Below are positions 10,935-19,555 of a stretch of DNA of 34,963 bases, piece after piece. The notes below the pieces were generated by a model. That model ran no database searches, was not told where the DNA came from, and saw only the letters and a program-made list of their open reading frames with translations. Source of the stretch: Hydrurus foetidus (Eukaryota); assembly GCA_900617105.1 (NCBI GenBank), contig UYFQ01000001.1:5084001-5118963 (forward strand). The letters run 5' to 3'. Made by a program: the position numbers and the translations under genes. Within the stretch, counting starts at the first letter, position 1. Each line of letters opens with the position of its first letter.

Positions 10935-11788
10935 CTTCAACAACTCAGGGTGCAGTGGGCGTGGCCGGTGTAGCTGGCGTGATGGGCTGGCCAATAGCCC
11001 ATTCACGCTCGCCACTGATTCACAACTTCTGGCTACAGCAGCACGGCCTGGCGGGCGAGTACGTGCTGCTGCCGGTTGAGCCTGGCACGTTGAGCGCAGC
11101 GCTGCAAACATTGGCCATGCGCGGTTTTAAGGGCTGCAACATCACCATTCCACACAAGGTCGATGCGCTAAAGCTGGTGCAAGTGCTGGACGCCAACGCC
11201 GCCCGGGTTGGCGCAGTCAACACCGTAGTGGTGCTGCCCGACGGCACCCTAAAAGGCATGAACACCGATAGCTTCGGCTACATTCAAAGCCTGCTCGAAG
11301 TTAACCCGGCTTGGAAGGCCGATGCAGGGCCAGTTACGGTGCTAGGCGCGGGCGGAGCAGCGCGCGCCGTGGTGCTGGCGCTTGCCGACCAGGGCGCAAA
11401 AGAAATCCGTTTGCTCAACCGTTCGCCAGACAAGGCGCTGGCGCTGGCTGCCGAATTTGGCTCGCCCATTACTGCCCTGCCGTGGGCCGAACGCCACGAC
11501 GCACTGGCAGACTGCGCACTGCTGGTCAACACCACCAGTCTAGGCATGCATGGCGCTGGCGAGCTTGATTTAGATTTGAGCAAACTGCCCACCAGCGCTA
11601 TGGTGTCAGACATCATTTACGTGCCTTTGCAAACGCCGTTGCTGCTAGAGGCCAAAGCGCGCGGCAATTTAACGGTGAACGGTTTGGGCATGCTGCTCAA
11701 CCAGGCCCGGCCCGCGTTTGAAGCCTGGTTTGGCGTGCTGCCCAGCGTTACGCCTGAGCTGCGGGCGCTGATTGAGGCCACGCTTTAG
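10931..11788 (+). CDS. aroE: Shikimate dehydrogenase family protein
   Basis: HSRSPLIH, NITIPHK, GAVNT, NTD, GAGGAA, NRS, GLGMLLNQA; ATGA overlap with lysR. Confidence 0.9.
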   Translation: MTSTTQGAVGVAGVAGVMGWPIAHSRSPLIHNFWLQQHGLAGEYVLLPVEPGTLSAALQTLAMRGFKGCNITIPHKVDALKLVQVLDANAARVGAVNTVVVLPDGTLKGMNTDSFGYIQSLLEVNPAWKADAGPVTVLGAGGAARAVVLALADQGAKEIRLLNRSPDKALALAAEFGSPITALPWAERHDALADCALLVNTTSLGMHGAGELDLDLSKLPTSAMVSDIIYVPLQTPLLLEAKARGNLTVNGLGMLLNQARPAFEAWFGVLPSVTPELRALIEATL

Positions 11789-11817
11789 CTGTGGTTAGCC
11801 CAGCCGACTCCCAGATT

Positions 11818-11886
11818 GCTATAAATTAAATAGCTGTTCGCGCCCGTATTTATTGGCTAAAGCCACTAAAACATACTGTTTTTGGC
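11818..11886 (-). repeat. R2 repeat copy 2 (reverse orientation)
   Basis: GCTATAAATTAAATAGCTGTTCGCGCCCGTATTTATTGGCTA + GCCA..TGGC hairpin, between convergent genes. Confidence 0.88.
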
Positions 11887-11925
11887 GTCTTTTTAGCTCT
11901 TTTTGAGCGAAATCAGCTGCAAGAC

Positions 11926-12513
11926 TCAATGCTCGGTTGGCAGCATCATGGCCAGTCTTTCACTCAGGCCGTCAGCACGGTCAGGCCCAGCGATTTCTTC
12001 GACATTGGTAATGATCTCGCGGGCAATCACCAACATCGATTCACGGTCTTTTGCGCCGCGCAACTGGTCTCGCAGACTCGTGGCCAGCTCAGGCATTTTG
12101 CGCACAAACATGCGCTCAACAATGTCGAATAAAAACATGCGCACAGTTGCCAGCGAGCGTTTGCCTTCGAAGGTGTCTGACGACGATGACGGCACATTGC
12201 CAATAACCGGCGCCGCGGCACCAAGCGGCGCTGAAAGCGATTCAACAAAGCGAATGGGTACAGGCGCAGCTTGCGACGCCGCAAAGTCAGAAAGTTTTGC
12301 CGCCGCTTGCTTGCTCAGTGATTCCGCCGCAATCAGGTAGCCGTCTGCCATAAGCCTTTGCAGCATGCCCACATCGCCCTGCAGCAGCCACACCAGCTCA
12401 TCGCGGGTACGAATACCGTCAGCCAGAAAAAGCGCAGAGCGCTCTCGCACGCTCAAGCTGCGTTGCCGGGACGCCAGCTCAAGTCTGGCTTTGTCAGATT
12501 TCAATAAAGGCAT
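11926..12513 (-). CDS. Hypothetical protein (two helical regions joined by an Ala/Pro/Ser-rich linker)
   Basis: 195-aa ORF filling the gap, plausible composition; no motif recognised with certainty. Confidence 0.75.
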   Translation of the reverse strand: MPLLKSDKARLELASRQRSLSVRERSALFLADGIRTRDELVWLLQGDVGMLQRLMADGYLIAAESLSKQAAAKLSDFAASQAAPVPIRFVESLSAPLGAAAPVIGNVPSSSSDTFEGKRSLATVRMFLFDIVERMFVRKMPELATSLRDQLRGAKDRESMLVIAREIITNVEEIAGPDRADGLSERLAMMLPTEH

Positions 12514-12804
12514 GAGACCCGATAACCCGTTTTGTAGTTAAACGTCAATAGTAGTTATGGAGTGTGACTTGGTGATGACGTTCAGTAAGCCCAAGCAGAG
12601 CCGGTTTTTCTGACTTTCAATCAACGAGCTGGCGACTTTCAGCGCAAACCTTGTCGCCCGGGGTAGACAGAATCAATAAACGAGCGACATAATTTATTTA
12701 ATGGTTTTTTTAGACCAAAGACACCGCCAGAGCAAATACAAAATCGTGCGCCGCCATACAAATCACCCACACCTTAAAACTATTTCGCATTAGGAAAACC
12801 ACAG

Positions 12805-13056
12805 ATGAACGAAATCAAAAAAGCCCGCAAGTTGATTCACACCGACCCCCAATCGCCAGCAGCCGTTATCTTGGCCAAGCTGGTTCGCGCGCTGGAGTCA
12901 GACGAGCATTTCGACGTGTGCGACCTGTACCGGCTGAGCTTTGACAACTTCAACCTGGCCATCGACATATTGAAAGAATGGCGGCTTGACCGCTACTACT
13001 CGGGCAAGGCCAAGCTGCATGACTTGTCAGTCCAAGTCGGCGCGCTTACGGCCTGA
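12805..13056 (+). CDS. Small hypothetical protein
   Basis: 83 aa, TAGGA upstream, host-like codon usage. Confidence 0.75.
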   Translation: MNEIKKARKLIHTDPQSPAAVILAKLVRALESDEHFDVCDLYRLSFDNFNLAIDILKEWRLDRYYSGKAKLHDLSVQVGALTA

Positions 13057-13060
13057 TAAA

Positions 13061-13131
13061 GGGCAAAATTTGATATTAAATAGCCCTATAGCCCAATAAA
13101 TACGGGCCAGAGCAGCTCCTATATAAATAGC
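13061..13131 (+). repeat. R2 repeat copy 3
   Basis: GGGC..GCCC hairpin + TAGCCCAATAAATACGGGCCAGAGCAGCTCCTATATAAATAGC. Confidence 0.85.
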
Positions 13132-13192
13132 GTTTTAATTTGCGCTTTTAAACGTCATTCGACGAGTACCTGCGCAAGACTAAACTCTAGCG

Positions 13193-14464
13193 GTGACTCT
13201 TTTTAGCGATCTAGGTTTTTCGCCCGACTTTTTGCCACCCCTTTTAAAGGCGGTTGCAGATTTAGGCTACAGCAACCCCACCGCCATTCAATGCGCCGCC
13301 ATTCCTGCCCTGCTGCAAGGGCAAGACGTGCTGGCCAGCTCACAAACCGGCTCGGGCAAAACGGCGGCTTTTGCCCTGCCCCTGCTGCAAGCTGCCTTGA
13401 CTGCGCCAGCCCGCTCAGGCCGCATTACACACGCGCTGATTTTGGTGCCCACCCGCGAGCTGGCTGTGCAAGTAGCCAGCGCGCTGGCCGACTTTTCTAA
13501 ACACCTGCCCCAGCGCGTCAAAGTCGCCGTAGTGTTTGGCGGCGTGTCCATCAACCCGCAAATGATGCACCTGCGCGGCGGCGCAGACATTGTGGTGGCC
13601 ACCCCCGGGCGGTTAATTGACTTGATTGACCACAACGCCCTGAGCTTGGGCCACGTCAAAACGCTGGTGCTGGACGAGGCAGACAAACTGCTAGACCTGG
13701 GCTTTGCAGACGAGCTGGCCCGCATTGTGGCGCTGCTGCCTGCCAAGCGGCAAAACGCCCTGTTTTCAGCCACCTTCCCGCCCGCAGTCGAGGCGCTGGC
13801 CGCCAGCCTGATGCACGCCGCGTCTGGCGCGCCGCTGCGCATCAACATTCAACCCGAGCCAGAAGCAGCGCTAGACATTACCCAGCGCGCCATTGAGGTA
13901 GACGCCGCCCGCCGCACCCAGTTGCTGCGCCACTTGGTGCAAACTGAAAAGTGGACCCGCGTGCTGGTGTTTGTAGCCACCAAACACGCCGCTGAAATAG
14001 TGGCCGACAAGCTGCGCAAAGCCGACATCAACGCCGAGCCTTTTCACGGCGAGCTAAGCCAAGGCAAACGCACACAGGTGCTGATGGACTTTAAGGCCGG
14101 CACCGTGCAAGTGGTGGTTGCCACAGACGTTGCCGCCCGCGGGCTAGACATCACCGCGCTGCCCGTGGTCGTCAACTACGACCTGCCCCGCTCAGCCGTC
14201 GACTACACCCACCGAATTGGCCGCACGGGCCGCGCAGGCTTGAGCGGCATGGCGATCAGCTTCGTTAGCGCCGCTACCAACGCGCATTTCAAGCTGATTG
14301 AAAAGCGGCACGCGATTACCGTGTTACGGGAGGAAGTGGCTGGTTTTGAGCCGGTTGAAGTAACACCGGTGAATGCGTCTGATCCGCAAGGGACTGGGGG
14401 CGTTAAGGGGAAGCGGCCTAGCAAGAAGGATAAGTTGAGGGCTGCAGCGGGCGCATCGCGATAG
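13193..14464 (+). CDS. DEAD-box RNA helicase (RhlE-like)
   Basis: Q motif PTAIQ, SQTGSGKT, PTRELA, TPGR, DEAD, SAT, ARGLD, HRIGRTGR. Confidence 0.95.
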   Translation: MTLFSDLGFSPDFLPPLLKAVADLGYSNPTAIQCAAIPALLQGQDVLASSQTGSGKTAAFALPLLQAALTAPARSGRITHALILVPTRELAVQVASALADFSKHLPQRVKVAVVFGGVSINPQMMHLRGGADIVVATPGRLIDLIDHNALSLGHVKTLVLDEADKLLDLGFADELARIVALLPAKRQNALFSATFPPAVEALAASLMHAASGAPLRINIQPEPEAALDITQRAIEVDAARRTQLLRHLVQTEKWTRVLVFVATKHAAEIVADKLRKADINAEPFHGELSQGKRTQVLMDFKAGTVQVVVATDVAARGLDITALPVVVNYDLPRSAVDYTHRIGRTGRAGLSGMAISFVSAATNAHFKLIEKRHAITVLREEVAGFEPVEVTPVNASDPQGTGGVKGKRPSKKDKLRAAAGASR

Positions 14465-14511
14465 GATTAGCTAGCAGCAAATTTTAATTAATACGTCCCA
14501 CGGAGTTACTT

Positions 14512-15189
14512 ATGGATCCAACCCTTGAAAAAATCCTCATCCTTTTGTTTGGATGGCTATTAGGTCTTCTGGCACCTGCGATAGTAAATTGGATTCAGCA
14601 GGTGCGAGAAGACGATCGATGCAGGGCAGCTGTCCGTAGAGAGTTGACGACATTAGGGTACCGGCTTATTGTTGTAGTTCACAGCCTAGACCTACGCCAA
14701 GGAGTCATCTCTGAAGACCAATTACTTTGGACTAATGACTTTATGCATCGTTTTTCTAAAAATAGATCTGATTTGGAAATTATTGGCTCAGTACCCATGC
14801 TGTTGGAGCAGAAAGAACCGGCGCGTGGGCAACTGATGGCTAAATTTAGGAAAACCAGCTCGTCACCTGGATTGCAAAAATATTCAGTCGCTAGTCTTGA
14901 TGCAAGGGTCGCTTCCATCTATACATTTAACACCGACGAGCAAGTAAAACTTTTAGAAATTAAAACCCAACTAACATTTTTAGATGATCAGGTTGATCGT
15001 AGCCGCAAGCTTAACGACATGACATTCACCGTCACTGGAGCGAATCACGACTTGGTAATGAGTGATATTGAAAACGGTATTGAGGGATATCGTCGTCGAG
15101 CAATTCAAATTGCTCAGTCGATTTCCGCCTTCGCAGACTTAAAGCCGTCACAACCATGGTCCGCTTCGAAGGCACCTAACACGGCATAG
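14512..15189 (+). CDS. Hypothetical protein with N-terminal transmembrane helix, AT-rich (foreign-looking)
   Basis: 225 aa, GGAG RBS, ILILLFGWLLGLLAPAIV hydrophobic segment; many A/T-ending codons. Confidence 0.75.
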   Translation: MDPTLEKILILLFGWLLGLLAPAIVNWIQQVREDDRCRAAVRRELTTLGYRLIVVVHSLDLRQGVISEDQLLWTNDFMHRFSKNRSDLEIIGSVPMLLEQKEPARGQLMAKFRKTSSSPGLQKYSVASLDARVASIYTFNTDEQVKLLEIKTQLTFLDDQVDRSRKLNDMTFTVTGANHDLVMSDIENGIEGYRRRAIQIAQSISAFADLKPSQPWSASKAPNTA

Positions 15190-15273
15190 CCCAGCACGGA
15201 TCTGCGTGAAACCATTTAACGCTAATTGGCAACTTTTGCCCCTGAAACGACACTGTCGCTAAAGATTGACTTA

Positions 15274-15314
15274 CAAAATAAAAAGGCTCCAAAACCGAAG
15301 TCCTGAAGCCTTTT
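15274..15314 (-). terminator. Intrinsic terminator of the RRM gene
   Basis: Minus strand GGCTTCAGGAC-TTCG-GTTTTGGAGCC (11-bp stem with G-U pairs, cUUCGg loop) then TTTTTATTTT. A second perfect hairpin CATCTTCAGC-GCAAA-GCTGAAGATG lies at 15319-15343. Confidence 0.85.
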
Positions 15315-15360
15315 AAAGCATCTTCAGCGCAAAGCTGAAGATGACAGATTTTACGAGGGC

Positions 15361-15780
15361 TTAGTAGCCGCCGCGTCCACCGCCGCCGCCACCACCGTAG
15401 CCGCCGCCACCGCCGGAACGGCCACCACCGCCGCCGCCGTAGCCGCCGCCACCTGAACGGTCACCGCCGCCGCCACCACCGCCGTAGCCGCCACCACCGC
15501 CGCCGAAGCCGCCGGTACGTGGAGGACGTGCCTCCATCGGACGGGCTTCGTTCACGGTGATTGCACGGCCGCCGAGTGACTGGCCGTTCATGCCGGCGAT
15601 AGCAGCTTGCGCTTCAGCGTCGCTGCCCATTTCGACGAAACCAAAGCCCTTTGAACGGCCGGTGTCGCGCTCCATCATCACCTTGGCGCTGGTGATGGAA
15701 CCAAATTCGCCAAAAGACTGTTGCAAGTCTTCGTCGCGTACGGTGTACGGCAGGTTGCCGACATAAAGTTTGTTGCCCAT
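15361..15780 (-). CDS. RRM (RNP-1) RNA-binding protein with Gly-rich C-terminal tail
   Basis: RNP2 LYVGNL, RNP1 KGFGFVEM, ITVNEARP, then (G)n-Y/R repeats; GAGGAG RBS. Confidence 0.95.
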   Translation of the reverse strand: MGNKLYVGNLPYTVRDEDLQQSFGEFGSITSAKVMMERDTGRSKGFGFVEMGSDAEAQAAIAGMNGQSLGGRAITVNEARPMEARPPRTGGFGGGGGGYGGGGGGGDRSGGGGYGGGGGGRSGGGGGYGGGGGGGRGGY

Positions 15781-16089
15781 GAAGGACTCCTCAAAAATAC
15801 ATAAAACAAAAAGCGATGGGGTCCCGAAAGCACAACAAACTTACGTAACGCCGTAGCGCGCGAAACTGACCGATCACCAACTTGTGCAATTAAATTACTA
15901 CACCTGCGTATTGTTATCTGTTACAGCCGCCTTTGGGGATTAAAAAACGTTTAATTTCAACTATTTGCTGTCGAAATCAAGTTATTTTCGATTTTGGCCA
16001 CTAAAAGGCGGCAAAAAAGCTGCCGGGTTGCGTAGGTTGTGCTGATTTAACCGAAGCCAGGCGCGATCGCGCTGCTACGTTTATTGCGC

Positions 16090-16407
16090 TTATTCAGCGT
16101 TTTCAGTGCTTGATTCAGCAACCGGCCGTGCGGTACGGTGGCCAGGTTTGCTGGTAATTTCGACATAAAACTGGTCTGCGCCGCCAGCGACGAGCGCGTC
16201 GATGGCGCCCATCATTTCGGCAAAATGCACAGGTGCAGCAGTCGCGTCAGTGGCGCCAGCCTTGCAGTCAAAGTCCAAAAAATCAACGCCTTCGGGCAGC
16301 GGCTTGGCGCGCTCCCGTTTGACGTATTTGCGAATGTCGTGCTTGCTGGCGTCTAGCAGGCGGTCGCGGTTTTTACCCTCGACATTGAGCGAATAGGTTT
16401 TTTTCAA
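16090..16407 (-). CDS. DUF6172-like protein
   Basis: MKKTYSLNVEGKNRDRLLDASKHDIRKYVKRER..LPEGVDFLDFDC; TTG start 1 nt after the upstream stop. Confidence 0.75.
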   Translation of the reverse strand: MKKTYSLNVEGKNRDRLLDASKHDIRKYVKRERAKPLPEGVDFLDFDCKAGATDATAAPVHFAEMMGAIDALVAGGADQFYVEITSKPGHRTARPVAESSTENAE

Positions 16408-16408
16408 C

Positions 16409-16669
16409 TTAAGCTGAAGTTTTGGTGCCAGCAGCTTGAGCGGCCAAAATGGCGTCAAGCTCTTTGCACGACGGTGCGCACACCGCTTGCGATTTGCCCA
16501 GCACTTTGCGCGTCCCCATCAGCGAACGGGCGCGGTGCTTGCCGCACATAAAGCACGACATGGTGGCCGCACCAAACGAGGTGGTGGCGGCAAACGGGGA
16601 ACCAGAAACCTTGGATTTGTAGCGCAGGCCGTCAGCGAGTACGGCGGTTTTAGCATCAGCTCTTGCCAT
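16409..16669 (-). CDS. Small basic Cys-motif hypothetical protein (CxxC-x21-CxxxC)
   Basis: CFMCGKHR...VCAPSC; host-like codons; coupled to the downstream gene. Confidence 0.75.
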   Translation of the reverse strand: MARADAKTAVLADGLRYKSKVSGSPFAATTSFGAATMSCFMCGKHRARSLMGTRKVLGKSQAVCAPSCKELDAILAAQAAGTKTSA

Positions 16670-16958
16670 GTTTTCGTCTTCCAGAGGTTATAAATTGGGG
16701 CGGCAACATTGAAAAGACAGCAGCCTGAGTGGCTGTTTTTGGCGTTGAATCAGCTTGAATTTGCACTCTTGCTGGTCAACGCGCCCTGTGTTTTTTTGCA
16801 GCCGCGATGACTGTATTTTACCGTGTAACTTGCGGGGCCTGCTTTTACAAGCTGCAAGCCAGTGCAGGCGGTGGGGCAAAATACGGGCAACCGCTCGATT
16901 TTTAAGGCAGCGACCGCGCCTGCAGACCATCATTTTAAATTCACGGAAGACCCAACAC

Positions 16959-17231
16959 ATGGCACGCCTCGTTAAATGCATCAAGCTCGGCATTGAAGCC
17001 GAAGGCCTTGACTTTCCGCCCTACCCCGGCCCGCTGGGCAAGCGCCTGTGGGAAGAGGTCAGCAAACAAGCCTGGGCCGACTGGATGAAGCAGCAAACCA
17101 TGCTGGTCAATGAAAACCGCCTGAATTTGGCCGACCAGCGCTCGCGCCAGTACCTGGCCCGCCAGATGGAAAGCCACTTTTTTGGCGGTGGCGCAGACGT
17201 GGTGCAGGGCTACACGCCGCCTGCGGCGTAA
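16959..17231 (+). CDS. yggX: Oxidative damage protection / Fe2+ trafficking protein
   Basis: [27 protein letters not shown]...VSKQAW..W...[10 protein letters not shown]; start moved to ATG 16959. Confidence 0.93.
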   Translation: MARLVKCIKLGIEAEGLDFPPYPGPLGKRLWEEVSKQAWADWMKQQTMLVNENRLNLADQRSRQYLARQMESHFFGGGADVVQGYTPPAA

Positions 17232-17253
17232 TTCGTATCAGATTTATCTGGCT

Positions 17254-18954
17254 TTGACTCCCGCCTGGGCCAACGCAGCGCAGTGGCGCGAACTAGATGT
17301 CGGCGTTGAAAACAGCGCGCATTTTTTGCGCACCTGGCAGGCCTGGCGGGCCGACCAGCAGCGCCCACGCATGTTGCATGTAGTTGCGCTGTGCGAAACC
17401 AACTTTTTAAACAGTGAGTTTGACAGCGACTTGAACCCACTCGCCGAGCAGTTAAATGCGCAGCTGTGGGGTTTGCTACCCGGCTTTCACCGGCTGGTGT
17501 TTGAAGCTGGCCATGTGCTGTTAACGGTGTGTATTGGCCCTGTGCAAACGCTGCTGCGGCAGCAGCAGTTTGAGGCAGATGCGGTGCAACTACACCGGCA
17601 CATGCACCAACCCGCCAGCGCCGCCATTGACACCCTGCACACCGTTAAAGCCATCGCGCGGCTGTGCAGGCGTGGCACTAGTTTTAGCGCCACGCACAGC
17701 GATTCGGCCTTGCAGGCTGCTTTAAAACAATGCGGCTTTGAAATCGACACGGCCAAGCCGCTTCAAGCTATTTACCAGCCCGCGTGGGATTCGAAAAAAT
17801 CACCCCGCACTGTGCGGCCCTTTGCTTTACCCGGCAGCTGCGTAGTGATTGGCGCGGGCCTGGCCGGTGCAGCGGTGGCCAGCAGCCTGGCGCGGCGCGG
17901 CTGGGCAGTAACGGTGCTAGACGCAGCCAGCGCACCTGCCAGCGGCGCATCAAGCCTGCCTGCGGGGTTGTTGGTGCCCCACACCTCTCCTGATGATGGG
18001 CAGTTGTCTCGCCTGTCGCGCTGCGGCGTGCGCACCACGCTGCAGCAAGCGCGCGCGCAATTGCGCCACGGAACTGATTGGGGCCACACAGGCGTGCTGC
18101 AGCGCAGCTTGAGCGCGCCCATTAATCTGCCGACGCACTGGGCCAACAGCCACGCGCCAGCAGCCAGCGACTGGTGCTACAGCGCACTACCCAAAACGCT
18201 GGCGGCAGCTGGTTTGCCGCCTGAAAGCACAGCGCTGTGGCATGCGCAAGCAGGCTGGGTTAAACCCGCCGCGCTGGTTAATGCGTGGCTGGCAACGCCT
18301 GGGGTTACGTGGCAAGGTGATGCGCAGGTGGCGCAACTGCAATCAGCCGGCGACGGTTGGCGCCTGCTTGACGCGGGGGGCCAAGTGCTGGCACAAGCCG
18401 ACTTACTGGTGATGAGCGCGGGCTACGCCAGCCAAGCGCTGGCTGCGGCGGCTGGTGCTACCCCGCCTGATTTGCAGCCTGTTCGCGGGCAGGTTACGTT
18501 CGGTTCGCAGGCAGATTCAACACCGCTGCCGCCGTTCCCAGTCAACGGAAACGGCGGTTTGATCCCCAACATCACCACGCCCGGCAACCCGCTGTGGCTG
18601 ATGGGCGCAAGCTATGAAAGAGACGTGGCGCAACCAGCAATCAAGCCGCAAGATCACGTTGAAAACCTCCAACGCCTGACCACATTGCTGCCGCAGGTGG
18701 CTGACGCCCTGGCTGACCAATTCAACCCGCCAACCGCGCAAGGCTGGGCAGGCGTGCGCTGCGCCACCCCCAACCGCCTGCCACTCGTCATGCCGCTGCA
18801 AACCCCAAGCCCCGCTTGGTTGTGCACTGGCATGGGTTCGCGCGGATTGAGCTTTGCAGCCCTGTGCGGCGAACTGCTGGCCGCAACGCTGCACGCTGAG
18901 CCTTTGCCAATTGACGCGGCGTTGGCTACTGCTTTGATGCGGCAAGCTAAGTAA
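17254..18954 (+). CDS. mnmC: MnmC-like FAD-dependent tRNA cmnm5s2U oxidoreductase with degenerate N-terminal methyltransferase domain (start uncertain)
   Basis: FLRTWQAWRAD.QRPRMLH, LLPGFHRLVFE.G.VLLTVCIG, GAGLAG, PVRGQV, WAGVRC, GMGSRGL. Confidence 0.75.
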   Translation: MTPAWANAAQWRELDVGVENSAHFLRTWQAWRADQQRPRMLHVVALCETNFLNSEFDSDLNPLAEQLNAQLWGLLPGFHRLVFEAGHVLLTVCIGPVQTLLRQQQFEADAVQLHRHMHQPASAAIDTLHTVKAIARLCRRGTSFSATHSDSALQAALKQCGFEIDTAKPLQAIYQPAWDSKKSPRTVRPFALPGSCVVIGAGLAGAAVASSLARRGWAVTVLDAASAPASGASSLPAGLLVPHTSPDDGQLSRLSRCGVRTTLQQARAQLRHGTDWGHTGVLQRSLSAPINLPTHWANSHAPAASDWCYSALPKTLAAAGLPPESTALWHAQAGWVKPAALVNAWLATPGVTWQGDAQVAQLQSAGDGWRLLDAGGQVLAQADLLVMSAGYASQALAAAAGATPPDLQPVRGQVTFGSQADSTPLPPFPVNGNGGLIPNITTPGNPLWLMGASYERDVAQPAIKPQDHVENLQRLTTLLPQVADALADQFNPPTAQGWAGVRCATPNRLPLVMPLQTPSPAWLCTGMGSRGLSFAALCGELLAATLHAEPLPIDAALATALMRQAK

Positions 18955-18975
18955 CGTGAATTAGATGCCAATCAT

Positions 18976-19047
18976 CTACTATTAAAAAAGTAGCTGCTCG
19001 CGCCCGTATCGATTGGGCTACAGGCGAATTTATGCTGAAATTGGCCC
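18976..19047 (-). repeat. R2 repeat copy 4
   Basis: CTACTATTAAAAAAGTAGCTGCTCGCGCCCGTATCGATTGGGCTA + flanking hairpin, between convergent genes. Confidence 0.85.
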
Positions 19048-19067
19048 CTCTATGGCATTTAAGGCGC

Positions 19068-19421
19068 TCAAACCTGGCTGACCACCTGAAACCCACCATA
19101 AATCAAACGCTGGCCATCAAAAGGCATGGGGTTAACGCTTAAATCCACGCGCGGGTCGGCCATGAAGTTTTTCATGCCTTCATCACGCACCGCTTTTGAC
19201 GGCCAGGTGATCCACGAGCAAACAACCGTCTCGCCGGGTTCCAGTTTCACCGCCATTGGAAAAGAAGTGACTTTGCCATCGGGCACATCGTCGCCCCAGC
19301 AGTCCACCACGGTTAACGCCCCGTTCTCTTTTAAAACCGCTGCGCAGCTGGTGGCGTGTTTTAAAAACGCCTCGCGCTTGGCGGTGGGTACCGATGCTAC
19401 AAATCCATCGACATAGTTCAT
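19068..19421 (-). CDS. DUF1428 (YbaA-like) protein
   Basis: YVDGFV, CWGDDVPDGKVTSFPMAV, MPFDGQRLIYGGF. Confidence 0.92.
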   Translation of the reverse strand: MNYVDGFVASVPTAKREAFLKHATSCAAVLKENGALTVVDCWGDDVPDGKVTSFPMAVKLEPGETVVCSWITWPSKAVRDEGMKNFMADPRVDLSVNPMPFDGQRLIYGGFQVVSQV

Positions 19422-19555
19422 GATTTACTCCTGAAAAATGAGCAACTAAAGACCAAAAAATCGGCGCCAAAGGCCTATCTGATCAAAAAATACAGCGTAT
19501 ATCCGTGAGCCATTGATTCCGGCTGTCCAGTTCAATGGGGCAGCTTTTATCCACC

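Noticed and set aside
16755..16958. 68-aa N-terminal extension of YggX
   Set aside because: YggX is about 90 aa and begins MARLV at 16959; the extension looks non-coding.
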